Shown in pieces: positions 53,901 through 62,465 of a DNA stretch of 64,000 nt. A program made the translations under genes and the position numbers. The DNA comes from a virus. The notes below the pieces were generated by a model. It did not search any database, had not been told where the DNA came from, and was given only the letters and a program-made list of their open reading frames with translations. The first letter of the stretch is position 1, and each line of letters opens with the position of its first letter. The stretch lies in IMG/VR virus record IMGVR_UViG_3300045988_168112. The stretch is one strand, 5' to 3'.

Positions 53901-54299
53901 TTATATAATAAGTTTTAACGCTTCCTTAATTCCGGCCTCCAATGTTTCTTCGTAGGTATCCCACAGACCGCCATCATTAGGACCCCTGGAATCATCATCT
54001 TCCTGCCACGTTCCGTTATCGGCTTTCACTATAGCATAGCCATACCCTACGGCACTTCGGTATATTTCGATATGCAGGTTCTTGTTTTCACGCAGCCACT
54101 TTTGGGCAATGGATTGAGTTGGAGCAGAGATAGAGTAAACGTCTGCATTATAATTCTGGGCATCGTAGCTTTCATCTATCTCATACTCAGGACCACTACC
54201 TCCTTTATACACCAATTCATAAAAGCTACTAACATCTTCTTTAAATCCTGCCGCCTTTAGTAGCTTCGCTGTCTCTAATGTTACAAATTCTTCTGTCAT
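53901..54299 (-). CDS. Hypothetical protein
   Basis: ORF track. Confidence 0.55.
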   Translation of the reverse strand: MTEEFVTLETAKLLKAAGFKEDVSSFYELVYKGGSGPEYEIDESYDAQNYNADVYSISAPTQSIAQKWLRENKNLHIEIYRSAVGYGYAIVKADNGTWQEDDDSRGPNDGGLWDTYEETLEAGIKEALKLII

Positions 54300-54760
54300 A
54301 GCTGTATAAATAGTCTAATTGTTAGAACAATGGTCGTAATGATAAAGATTAATGCGAAATATTTCCATATTTTTACAGTAGCCTCTAAACCGTGCTTCCG
54401 TTTGTCAAACTCACTTAAGGCATAATTCAAAGCCTCGTCTTTCAATCCCTTAAGCTTATCATTCAAAGCCTCGGTTATATCGTCTGCGATAGTATGCTTC
54501 ACCCTTTCTGACACGGATTCCGGATAACCCCTCTCTTCATAATTCAATTCATTCAACAAATCATAATGGAACATATAGGGTATTCCGTTTACTTCATAGG
54601 AGAGCTTGATACCGCTTTCTTTGATGTATTTCAAAAACTTTTCCTCGGCAATCTCGTTTATCCTTTCTTGGTTAAATTCTGACTGCTTCTTTATCTCATT
54701 AAAATATTCCTCGTCAACAATTACACAGTTGTTTTCAAGCTTCATTACATGTGCTTTCAT
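54296..54760 (-). CDS. Hypothetical protein with C-terminal TM anchor
   Basis: ORF track. C-terminal hydrophobic segment YFALIFIITTIVLTIRLFI. Confidence 0.55.
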   Translation of the reverse strand: MKAHVMKLENNCVIVDEEYFNEIKKQSEFNQERINEIAEEKFLKYIKESGIKLSYEVNGIPYMFHYDLLNELNYEERGYPESVSERVKHTIADDITEALNDKLKGLKDEALNYALSEFDKRKHGLEATVKIWKYFALIFIITTIVLTIRLFIQL

Positions 54761-54790
54761 TGTTTATTCCTCCTATTTCTTGTTTTGATT

Positions 54791-54937
54791 TCATAATTCG
54801 TAAGATAAAATTACAACCGTTAATGCAATGAAAATGATTGCTACTATCAAGGCGATAGATAGACATCCCCTTTCGTATTCTTCATCTTCCGATGGTGTGT
54901 TTTCGTTATACCAATCTAATGGATGTTTTAATTTCAT
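54791..54937 (-). CDS. Small TM ORF (48 aa) below the track cut-off
   Basis: Hand translated: MKLKHPLDWYNENTPSEDEEYERGCLSIALIVAIIFIALTVVILSYEL. Confidence 0.35.
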   Translation of the reverse strand: MKLKHPLDWYNENTPSEDEEYERGCLSIALIVAIIFIALTVVILSYEL

Positions 54938-55059
54938 TTCTCACTCCTTTCTTTCTCCTTTTTAGCTTTATCACAAGCCGACTTCTTCATTACATACGGA
55001 CAATCGCAATTCCCGTATCTTTCGTTATACCAACAACAATAGTCACACTGGTGCATCAT

Positions 55060-55281
55060 TTATTCCTCCTTATCTATCTTAATATCCGTTACTTTGCCAC
55101 GATTGATGAATTTATAAATAATCCCTTTCGCATAATTTATATCGCATAATTTATCATAAGTAAACCGATATGTATGACAAGTATAGTATAAAGAGCATCC
55201 TTTGCAGTCATTACTTTCTTGTCTTACAAGCTCATGCAGCACCCCATCAATTATTATTCCGTTCTTTACTTCCATAATCAA
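55060..55281 (-). CDS. Hypothetical protein
   Basis: ORF track. Confidence 0.5.
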   Translation of the reverse strand: MIMEVKNGIIIDGVLHELVRQESNDCKGCSLYYTCHTYRFTYDKLCDINYAKGIIYKFINRGKVTDIKIDKEE

Positions 55282-55532
55282 TATTCTAATACTTCACAAT
55301 CACTTACTTTCACTTTCATAAACTTTTTAGTTTCCTTATCCACTATCAAAAACTTATCTTTCCTAAAAAAGCCTCCATCTATATACCCCACCACCTTTCC
55401 AGTGCCTTTATAGGTAAACTCTTCTACAGTAGGAAGAGGCATACTTGGATAAAACATATCACGCTCTTCGCAACGAATATCGTAATCTGTCGAATTGAAT
55501 ATTTTATAACTAACTTCCATAATCAAATACAA
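55278..55532 (-). CDS. Hypothetical protein
   Basis: ORF track. Confidence 0.5.
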   Translation of the reverse strand: MYLIMEVSYKIFNSTDYDIRCEERDMFYPSMPLPTVEEFTYKGTGKVVGYIDGGFFRKDKFLIVDKETKKFMKVKVSDCEVLEY

Positions 55533-55744
55533 TTAGGGCATTCTGCCGATTTATTACCTTTAGTATCTGTGTATGTATAGATACTTTCTCCTTTTGAGGA
55601 AATCACATCGACCATACAGCCGCACTTCGTACACTTTCTATGCGCATTGTTAGGGTTGTTTATCCATCTATGCCCTTTTCTGTTTTCTGCGCCTAACTTT
55701 GTTCCTCTATTAAATCCCATAATCACACCCTTTCCCGTAAACAT
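55523..55744 (-). CDS. Small zinc-ribbon protein
   Basis: ORF track. Cys pairs CTKCGC ... CPNC. Confidence 0.5.
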   Translation of the reverse strand: MFTGKGVIMGFNRGTKLGAENRKGHRWINNPNNAHRKCTKCGCMVDVISSKGESIYTYTDTKGNKSAECPNCI

Positions 55745-56237
55745 TTACGAACTCGCTGACATCCATATAGTCTATGCCAAAATTCTCGGCTGTTTTCTTG
55801 TCACTGTCTGAAAACTGCCCTTCGAGGCCGCTTGCATCACCAATCATTAAACAATCTTCTACCTCCAAACTGAAATCTTTCCATGTATTGTAATTATCAA
55901 AAAGTTCTTCAAGCATTCCGGTATTTGGCTTTCTCATAGGGTTGCTTCTGTCATTGCTTCCGCAATACTTAAAACGCGTATCAATGTCGCAATAATCCAT
56001 TATACTGTAACTCACGTACTCACATTTTACATAAATAAATGATTCTGGAACCAACCCTTTTTCTATCCCTCCCTGGTTTGTCACGATAAAAATTTCTTCG
56101 GGATTCAAATTCTTTATTGCATCCATGACATCAAACTTAAATTTCATGTCCCATATCCCCTTTGGAAACGTCTCACCACTTGCAGTTTCTATTAACGTGC
56201 CGTCCATATCACAAAATAAAACCTTGTACTTTTTCAT
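55710..56237 (-). CDS. HAD-superfamily phosphatase (subfamily IIIA; GmhB/HisB-N/PNK-3'-phosphatase-like)
   Basis: Motif I FCDMDGTLI, motif II IVTNQGGI and motif IV MIGDASG..SDSD. Confidence 0.7.
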   Translation of the reverse strand: MKKYKVLFCDMDGTLIETASGETFPKGIWDMKFKFDVMDAIKNLNPEEIFIVTNQGGIEKGLVPESFIYVKCEYVSYSIMDYCDIDTRFKYCGSNDRSNPMRKPNTGMLEELFDNYNTWKDFSLEVEDCLMIGDASGLEGQFSDSDKKTAENFGIDYMDVSEFVNVYGKGCDYGI

Positions 56238-56248
56238 TTCTCGTTCCT

Positions 56249-56431
56249 TTATTTGTTTAAATCTTTATCTTCACATCGAACTATTTTATGTTTCTTGCAA
56301 AACCTAATTGAATACCTTACTGCCTTTCGTATATCTTCATACTCCTTTGTACTGTACACGTTGTATGTACGGAGCTTTTTCATAATTTCCTCTTCTATAA
56401 AAGGAAGAACTTCTTTCTCAAACCTGCTCAT
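56249..56431 (-). CDS. Hypothetical protein
   Basis: ORF track. Confidence 0.5.
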   Translation of the reverse strand: MSRFEKEVLPFIEEEIMKKLRTYNVYSTKEYEDIRKAVRYSIRFCKKHKIVRCEDKDLNK

Positions 56432-56619
56432 TTCCTATGTGTTTTACGGTTCTTGTTTCTCTTCCTACGTTTCGCAATCTGCTTGTTTGTGCATCTATCA
56501 TCTTTTGGGCGATATTTTCTCATTTTGGGTGCATCACACGGTTCTAAAGGAGAAATATCAACATATGGATTATAAATATCATAACGAGTATTATCGTTCC
56601 AAGAAATTTCATTCTGCAT
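56428..56619 (-). CDS. Hypothetical basic protein
   Basis: ORF track. C-terminus KQIAKRRKRNKNRKTHRK. Confidence 0.5.
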   Translation of the reverse strand: MQNEISWNDNTRYDIYNPYVDISPLEPCDAPKMRKYRPKDDRCTNKQIAKRRKRNKNRKTHRK

Positions 56620-56622
56620 ATT

Positions 56623-56919
56623 TTACCCCTCTTTCTTTTTAAGACTTATATCAATTGACAACCTATCGGTAATTTCCTCTTTAATTATCTCCTTGCACAA
56701 ATTCCTTATCATAGAGTAATCACCATGTCTTTGTATCTCGTTGGAAACCATACAACGAACCCACCTCTCTATATCAACGTCGTTTCCGTAGGTATTATGA
56801 AAGATACGTTTGACTTCTTCTTTCACGATTGGAATCATAATTTCCTTTATATCCTCTTTAGTCAACTTTAGTTCGTTGTGGATATAATTCTTCACTTCTC
56901 TATATCTATATTTACTCAT
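56623..56919 (-). CDS. Hypothetical protein
   Basis: ORF track. Confidence 0.55.
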   Translation of the reverse strand: MSKYRYREVKNYIHNELKLTKEDIKEIMIPIVKEEVKRIFHNTYGNDVDIERWVRCMVSNEIQRHGDYSMIRNLCKEIIKEEITDRLSIDISLKKKEG

Positions 56920-56924
56920 AATGC

Positions 56925-57116
56925 TTAAACCTCCACTTTTGTATAATTACTAAACTTACAATAAAGATATTCGCTTGAAAACCATCCTAATTGATGTTTA
57001 TCATTAACATATTTACAATAGGTTTCCCATTTGTCCTTGTGTACAATCTCATACATTACGCCTTTGTACATAAACAAATCCCCTTCTTGTAAATTTGAAA
57101 TCTTAATTGTTTTCAT
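56925..57116 (-). CDS. Hypothetical protein
   Basis: ORF track. Confidence 0.5.
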   Translation of the reverse strand: MKTIKISNLQEGDLFMYKGVMYEIVHKDKWETYCKYVNDKHQLGWFSSEYLYCKFSNYTKVEV

Positions 57117-57427
57117 ATTAACCCAATCCTCTTTAATCTTTTTCTAAAATTCTTTTCATTCAAAGCTTGTTCGTAATAGCAATCCGGCTCAATAACTGTT
57201 TTAGTTTTCATTATAGGTTTCCCGTTTAATCCAATTGAAACTTCGTTGGTAATAGAAGCTCTCTTTATCTCTTTCGTTTTCAGATTGAATGAAAATAGAA
57301 TATGACCCGGAATCTTTTTCTTCTTATCCGTCAATTTATATTCATGCTGTTTCTTTTGAACATATTCTACCTGGTTTTTAGATAGACCACCCTTTGTTAA
57401 ATCCGGAACTATTTCCATATCAATCAC
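57113..57427 (-). CDS. Hypothetical protein
   Basis: ORF track. Confidence 0.55.
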   Translation of the reverse strand: MIDMEIVPDLTKGGLSKNQVEYVQKKQHEYKLTDKKKKIPGHILFSFNLKTKEIKRASITNEVSIGLNGKPIMKTKTVIEPDCYYEQALNEKNFRKRLKRIGLI

Positions 57428-57593
57428 CGTTTAAAATATACAACAACTCTCTTGCTTTCCTATAGGTATCAAAACCTTTTACATTCACCCATTCGGATGA
57501 AAGACGTTTGTCTTTTCTTACTTGTACGCAATACACGACTATCGGAATACACCCGCTATACCTTATTTCTTTCACAATCCTATATCTTTCCAT
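57420..57593 (-). CDS. Small ORF (57 aa) below the track cut-off
   Basis: Hand translated: MERYRIVKEIRYSGCIPIVVYCVQVRKDKRLSSEWVNVKGFDTYRKARELLYILNGD. It fills the gap between two track ORFs with an 8-nt overlap. Confidence 0.4.
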   Translation of the reverse strand: MERYRIVKEIRYSGCIPIVVYCVQVRKDKRLSSEWVNVKGFDTYRKARELLYILNGD

Positions 57594-57594
57594 G

Positions 57595-57894
57595 TCAAAT
57601 ACAGTTTCTTATAAACGTTTCCTTGTCAATCATACCGTTCTTTGATTCTTCCACCAAGTCAAAAAATGTATCAGCAGAACAAACATGCTCTTCTATCATT
57701 ATACATATTCCATCACCGGGATAATATTCACACGAAACATCATCACTCCAATCTATATACTTTTGTGCTTCTTTGACTATATCGTAACAATCAAGCATAT
57801 ACCCTTGATATTTAATAGAAGCTTTCCTTATTTTGTCAAATACATTTCCTTTCATATTTTCAATCTCCTTTCTATCACTCAATACATAAAACAA
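57595..57894 (-). CDS. Hypothetical protein
   Basis: ORF track. Confidence 0.55.
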   Translation of the reverse strand: MFYVLSDRKEIENMKGNVFDKIRKASIKYQGYMLDCYDIVKEAQKYIDWSDDVSCEYYPGDGICIMIEEHVCSADTFFDLVEESKNGMIDKETFIRNCI

Positions 57895-58129
57895 GTCCCC
57901 TACGTATCATATCTTCCAACTCTCTTTCGGAAAACTCATCGAACGAATGTTTGTCCATAGTGCAGAAATGATACCTTACAGAATGCTTTTCATAATCAAT
58001 GTTTTTATGATAATCAATCATTACATCACTTATAACCGTTTCGATAATCTTACCGTTTACAATAAAAGAAAAACGTGTTCCGACATCATAACACACCTTC
58101 TTAAACAAAAGAACTTTCCTTTCATCCAT
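57875..58129 (-). CDS. Hypothetical protein
   Basis: ORF track. Confidence 0.55.
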   Translation of the reverse strand: MDERKVLLFKKVCYDVGTRFSFIVNGKIIETVISDVMIDYHKNIDYEKHSVRYHFCTMDKHSFDEFSERELEDMIRRGLVLCIE

Positions 58130-58130
58130 T

Positions 58131-58376
58131 TTATTTCAATTTTTCTTCAAGTTCAGCAATTATACAATCTGCATCACCGCCATGTACCCAGTCCTCCAGT
58201 ACAGAAGACAAAGCTTCAATAACTTTCTCCTTCTGCCATTCGGCACCACTATTAAAACCATTAGCAATCATTTCCTTGATGTCAGAAATTCTATTCGGTA
58301 CCCCACATGTTCCAAATGAGCGAATAACCGATTCGGCATATTCTATTGACGCCTTTTTAATAATCTTTTCTGTCAT
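58131..58376 (-). CDS. Hypothetical protein
   Basis: ORF track. Confidence 0.55.
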   Translation of the reverse strand: MTEKIIKKASIEYAESVIRSFGTCGVPNRISDIKEMIANGFNSGAEWQKEKVIEALSSVLEDWVHGGDADCIIAELEEKLK

Positions 58377-58382
58377 AATACT

Positions 58383-58601
58383 TCACTTTTTAGGATTATT
58401 GTTACACTTTTCAACAAGTTGAAGATTCTGTGGAAGGAATGTCCTTAATTCGCCATCTATCTCAAGATGATAATACTTCGTACTTCCAGTTCCACATATA
58501 CTTGCTATTCTACTCACTTTACCTACCAACATCAAATTTGAACAATGTAGGATTTTCACTCTATCTCCTACTCCAAAGTTCTGATTCTTTGATTTTGCCA
58601 T
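58383..58601 (-). CDS. Small beta-rich protein (SH3/KOW-like, tentative)
   Basis: ORF track. Contains FGVGDRVKILHCSNLMLVGKVSRI. Confidence 0.5.
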   Translation of the reverse strand: MAKSKNQNFGVGDRVKILHCSNLMLVGKVSRIASICGTGSTKYYHLEIDGELRTFLPQNLQLVEKCNNNPKK

Positions 58602-58742
58602 TGTTTATAATTGTTTAAAAGGAAAACTGTTCAAGTTTGCAGTAAATTAACAAATAAGTTGGATTGAACAAAATAAACAACTTGAAACAATTTTCCTTAT
58701 TTGATAAAAATACAATTTTGTTATCAATTAAATGATTTGAAG

Positions 58743-59273
58743 TTACTCGATTCCTTTTAAAAATGAGACATCTTCAAGCTGCTCACTCATCCGCATTATT
58801 CGAAGAATCTTCTCCCATTTTTCAGGTGTCATTTCTGTATCATCTGATTCTACATTCTCACTGAAGATATCGTGTTTATTCAGGAATGCTTCATACAAAT
58901 TATCCATCATTGACTTAACCTCTTTCTTCCATTGTTTGGAATAAAACTCATACATTTCTTTAACTTCAATGTATTCAGCATCAGTAAGTTCGATAGAAAT
59001 GAAAGTTTTATATTTATTGGAGTGATATGTAATAGAGTCTTTGTTCAAAACCTTATGTACACATTGGAATAGAAGTTTCCGAGCATATGTATTAGAATAT
59101 GGTAATTTGAAACATCTCTCTTCTTTCTTTTCATTAAATAGAGTTTCGATATCCAATCCATTAGCCAAACATAACGCATCTAAAGCTCTTTTAGCTGCTA
59201 ATGCTTCACCCATCTCACCTCTTTCTACAAGAGCTTGAAGTTTCTTAGCTTTTTCGAGTATCTTCCTATCCAT
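58743..59273 (-). CDS. Hypothetical protein (N-terminal helical region resembles DUF2786-type proteins)
   Basis: ORF track 58743..59330. The extension covers a promoter, so ATG 59273 (MDRKILEKAKKLQALVERGEMGEALAAKRA) is preferred. Confidence 0.5.
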   Translation of the reverse strand: MDRKILEKAKKLQALVERGEMGEALAAKRALDALCLANGLDIETLFNEKKEERCFKLPYSNTYARKLLFQCVHKVLNKDSITYHSNKYKTFISIELTDAEYIEVKEMYEFYSKQWKKEVKSMMDNLYEAFLNKHDIFSENVESDDTEMTPEKWEKILRIMRMSEQLEDVSFLKGIE

Positions 59274-59298
59274 AATATTTCTTCTTTTTTTTGAATGC

Positions 59299-59330
59299 TT
59301 AAAGATACACCTTTGGACCACGCGGTCCAA
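59299..59330 (-). promoter_or_regulatory. Bacteroidota-type promoter
   Basis: Coding strand reads TTGG-N19(ACCGCGTGGTCCAAAGGTG)-TATCTTTAA followed by GCATTCAAAAAAAAG. The spacer holds the palindrome GGACCGCGTGGTCC. Confidence 0.65.
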
Positions 59331-59340
59331 CGATTTTCAA

Positions 59341-59631
59341 TTAAATTTTAATGACTTGGACATATTTTAATTCACCTGTATATCCTCTGCCACGTAACTC
59401 TTCTATGAGTTGTCTTGGAGTAAATTTTGCCAAATCAGGATTTACAAAAACTTTATGAATACCTGATTGTGATTCTTTTTTAATTTGATTTCGTAATTTA
59501 TCATGTGAATTTTTACACTTTTTGCATACATTAAGATGTCCATCCTTACAATTTACAGAAGTATAAAATTGGTCTAATGGTAATTCTTGACCACACTTCT
59601 TACACACTTTAGTCTTTACTTCGTTTTCCAT
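59341..59631 (-). CDS. Zinc-ribbon protein paralogous to the N-terminus of the HNH endonuclease
   Basis: VCKKCGQELPLDQFY...DGHLNVCKKCK against CSKCRKELPLDSFY...DGYEYQCKDCK in ORF 21583..22374. No HNH core. Confidence 0.55.
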   Translation of the reverse strand: MENEVKTKVCKKCGQELPLDQFYTSVNCKDGHLNVCKKCKNSHDKLRNQIKKESQSGIHKVFVNPDLAKFTPRQLIEELRGRGYTGELKYVQVIKI

Positions 59632-59636
59632 AATTA

Positions 59637-59876
59637 TTACAATGTTAATGTTTTAATGACTTTACCTGAATTCATCAAACGATTTTCAATCACATTTAAA
59701 TTCAATTGAAAACCTGATGTGAGACTATTAACAGTCAATACTATGAGATTAGAATTAGGGATTATCTCATAAACTCCTTTCATGAATTTACCGTATTCCC
59801 ACAATAACGCATCGAGTTCGTCTATTACATCTGTCCTAAGACACTCGATAATAAATGTACTGATTTTTGCCTTCAT
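59637..59876 (-). CDS. Hypothetical protein
   Basis: ORF track. Lies 37 nt after a promoter. Confidence 0.5.
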   Translation of the reverse strand: MKAKISTFIIECLRTDVIDELDALLWEYGKFMKGVYEIIPNSNLIVLTVNSLTSGFQLNLNVIENRLMNSGKVIKTLTL

Positions 59877-59912
59877 ATTTTCTCGTATTTAATCATTGTT
59901 CTTTTTGGATAT

Positions 59913-59944
59913 CTAAAGATACTACTTTTCTATGAGATACCAAA
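59913..59944 (-). promoter_or_regulatory. Bacteroidota-type promoter
   Basis: Coding strand reads TTTG-N19(GTATCTCATAGAAAAGTAG)-TATCTTTAG followed by ATATCCAAAAAG. Confidence 0.65.
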
Positions 59945-60039
59945 AGTTTATGTCTAAATTGTGTATCAAATTAATATATATTAAGAAAGGACCTTGTTTC
60001 ACAACAAAGCCCCTTCAAAACTCTAATATACAAACATGG

Positions 60040-60468
60040 CTAACACGTAATAAACTCTTCAATTTTAGTTTCTTTTATGTCAACAACACGCGTCTCACTG
60101 AGAAAATCCTGATTTAAAATCTTACTCATCATTTCACTTGCTTTTGTAGAACTTTCAGATTGAATGAGGTATTGTATCTTGTTTTCTTTCACTTTACCTC
60201 TCATATCGGTCTCAAACCATAATCCTTTACATAAGAACCATAATCCTTTTCCTGAATGGACGCCAGAAATATTTATTTCTTTAATAGGACTAATATCGAA
60301 CTCAACATCGATATTCTCATTGCCCCACTTAGTAGCAATTGCTTCTGCATCAGTGTAATTAACTGCTGAACAAGCAATTACATTCTGACACTTTTTCATT
60401 CTCCTATTTGTAGAATTTTCATCTTCTGCCCAATAAGAGATAGTTATTTCAAAGTACTTGTGCAACAT
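60040..60468 (-). CDS. Hypothetical protein with in-frame 7-codon tandem duplication
   Basis: ORF track. KGLWFLC-KGLWFET is encoded by a 14-nt exact repeat at 60215-60228 and 60236-60249. Confidence 0.55.
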   Translation of the reverse strand: MLHKYFEITISYWAEDENSTNRRMKKCQNVIACSAVNYTDAEAIATKWGNENIDVEFDISPIKEINISGVHSGKGLWFLCKGLWFETDMRGKVKENKIQYLIQSESSTKASEMMSKILNQDFLSETRVVDIKETKIEEFITC

Positions 60469-61241
60469 CTTCTTAGATAATCGACATTCTTTTTGATTAA
60501 TTCAATATCTTCTTCTTTCACCTCTTTTTCAAAATAATCTGGAGGTGTAGGTATTCTCTTGAATGTACCTTCTTTCTCAATCTCCACACCGTGCAACGCT
60601 GACAAGATAGGATAACAACTGTCAGTTGACCTTATTGCAATATGATTAGTATTATAACACCTGAATTCTATTGGATTTCCTTGTCCTAAAAAATGCAATG
60701 GTTTACGTAGCAAGTCTTGCTCCTCAAGTTTCATGACCAATAAAGTCCTTGCTTCTGCGATATCCGGATTCTTCATAATGTGAGGAATTGCTTTCTTACT
60801 CATACCGATACAAGAAACAAAATCGTTATGCAAGAAATACTTGTAACATTCCATCCAATCTTCATAAGTATCACCTTGTGGACATGCAAGAATGTTAGTC
60901 CTCTTATAGAGGAAACCTTTTCTTCTTGCATCCTTCATCCATTCGAGGAATTGATTGAAGTTATTCAGCGTTTCTTCTTTATTATAAAGAACATCAAGAG
61001 GTATTACTTCATTAGGTTGAATTTCAAGTGTCAATTTGAGTAATTCTTTGTTAGTCAATATTTCACCTTCATCTCCAACGCCTGAATCAAGTATGGTAAA
61101 TCGACCTTGTTTGATAGCATTCTTTGTATATTCGCGATACTTTTCGTTTCTTTTATAAAGTTGTCCAAGTATATAGAAATTATTATCCCCTAATTCACTC
61201 AATTCCAAATGATTCATAGGTGGTGTAACGAATATTTTCAT
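60444..61241 (-). CDS. tRNA-guanine-transglycosylase-fold protein, DpdA-like (candidate DNA 7-deazaguanine transglycosylase)
   Basis: FTILDSGVGDEG (TGT DSGG-like), LHFLGQGNPIEF (compare LMGVGKP) and IRSTDSCYPILSALHG (compare DMFDCV.PTR.ARNG), in the TGT order. 265 aa, so no tRNA-binding extension. Confidence 0.5.
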   Translation of the reverse strand: MKIFVTPPMNHLELSELGDNNFYILGQLYKRNEKYREYTKNAIKQGRFTILDSGVGDEGEILTNKELLKLTLEIQPNEVIPLDVLYNKEETLNNFNQFLEWMKDARRKGFLYKRTNILACPQGDTYEDWMECYKYFLHNDFVSCIGMSKKAIPHIMKNPDIAEARTLLVMKLEEQDLLRKPLHFLGQGNPIEFRCYNTNHIAIRSTDSCYPILSALHGVEIEKEGTFKRIPTPPDYFEKEVKEEDIELIKKNVDYLRRCCTSTLK

Positions 61242-61246
61242 AACTT

Positions 61247-62194
61247 TTAATTATTAAATTTGATTTCTACCTTATTTTCTAATTCTGGTGCTGTCACAAG
61301 ATAGATAATGAAATCTTTAAGACCTATTTCAGCATCACCTTTTTCAATCTCCTCAAAAGAGTATTGTTCATTCTTTATTTCGTTTGATACTTTCTCAAAA
61401 CGTTCTCTTCTTGTCTCTTCTTTCACAGACAATACAGTAACTGTAAAGTCAACTTTAGAAGAATTTTGAACTAATGTCTCTATAATCTTATTGAATAGAC
61501 TTTTTTGTCTACAACCTACAATATATATCTTATTGATAGATTGTAGGTTCCATTCAAATAAAATCTTTGAACATATTCTTTCACAAAGTACCTCACTAAG
61601 GCCTGAGTCGAATGTCCTCATTTCAGAATAGGTCAATTTACGAACTATATCACCAACTTCAATAACACTATCATTCTTTTGCTTCACTTTATTCACATAT
61701 GTGGTTTTACCTGAGAAAGCTTCACCTACTATAAACTCAATCTTAGGGAGTTCTATTATTAGCTTTTTAAATGCTTCATTGAAGTTTTTGGGTTTTTCTT
61801 CAGTAGAATCATCTTTTACTTCCATTTTCTCAACTATAGCGTAATTTTCACCATCTTCACTGACCTCAACTGAGTCAAAATCAAATTGCTTCAAGATATT
61901 TTTTGCAATCATTTCACATGACATAGAACCAAAATCATAACATTCGCAACCTGATTCAAATACTGGGAATTTTCGGTTTATATATTGTTTTACTTTTCTC
62001 CTTAGCAATATAAACTCTTCATCACGATTATCGTGATTAACCCGTTTTTTACAATTGAATTTAAAGATATGTCTGTGAGGTTGTTCCAAGAACTTCACTA
62101 ACTCACCATGATTTTTTGATGCATCAGGATAATTATGAAATCCTTCTACTTCAAAACGAATTCCGATAGATGTCTGTAATTTGTTCATAATCAA
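61247..62194 (-). CDS. Fusion protein: N-terminal T-fold QueD/PTPS-like domain (tentative) and C-terminal P-loop NTPase/kinase
   Basis: N-terminus: FEVEGFHNYPDA...FLEQPHRHIFKF...DRDEEFILL...SCEMIAKNI. C-terminus: Walker A GEAFSGKTT. Confidence 0.45.
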   Translation of the reverse strand: MIMNKLQTSIGIRFEVEGFHNYPDASKNHGELVKFLEQPHRHIFKFNCKKRVNHDNRDEEFILLRRKVKQYINRKFPVFESGCECYDFGSMSCEMIAKNILKQFDFDSVEVSEDGENYAIVEKMEVKDDSTEEKPKNFNEAFKKLIIELPKIEFIVGEAFSGKTTYVNKVKQKNDSVIEVGDIVRKLTYSEMRTFDSGLSEVLCERICSKILFEWNLQSINKIYIVGCRQKSLFNKIIETLVQNSSKVDFTVTVLSVKEETRRERFEKVSNEIKNEQYSFEEIEKGDAEIGLKDFIIYLVTAPELENKVEIKFNN

Positions 62195-62442
62195 TAAGTT
62201 ATTTTAAAACGTCTTTTAATCACTTCTTTATCTGCAATACCGTAGACTAAACAATAATCTTTCTTTTTCTTCTGACAAAATTGAACTGGACCTCTGTAGA
62301 TACACTTACCGTCAAGAAAAAGTCTCATAATCTTTTCACCATTGATATTCTTATTCCTTGAAGCTTGCTTTATCACTTCAGGAGAAACTCTGTCAATCCA
62401 ACCATTTTTATGATGGATAAATGATTTTAACTGTTCATCCAT
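62191..62442 (-). CDS. Hypothetical protein
   Basis: ORF track. Confidence 0.5.
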   Translation of the reverse strand: MDEQLKSFIHHKNGWIDRVSPEVIKQASRNKNINGEKIMRLFLDGKCIYRGPVQFCQKKKKDYCLVYGIADKEVIKRRFKITY

Positions 62443-62465
62443 ATCTCATTCTTTTATATAAAGAT

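Noticed and set aside
58602-58742. 140-nt intergenic region with imperfect inverted repeats (GGAAAATTGTTTCAAGTT...AACTTGAACAGTTTTCC; TTGATAA-N13-TTATCAA) as a possible ncRNA
   Set aside because: The stems are imperfect. No flanking promoter copy or U-tract was found. It is most simply an AT-rich spacer or weak terminator, and is kept only as a note.
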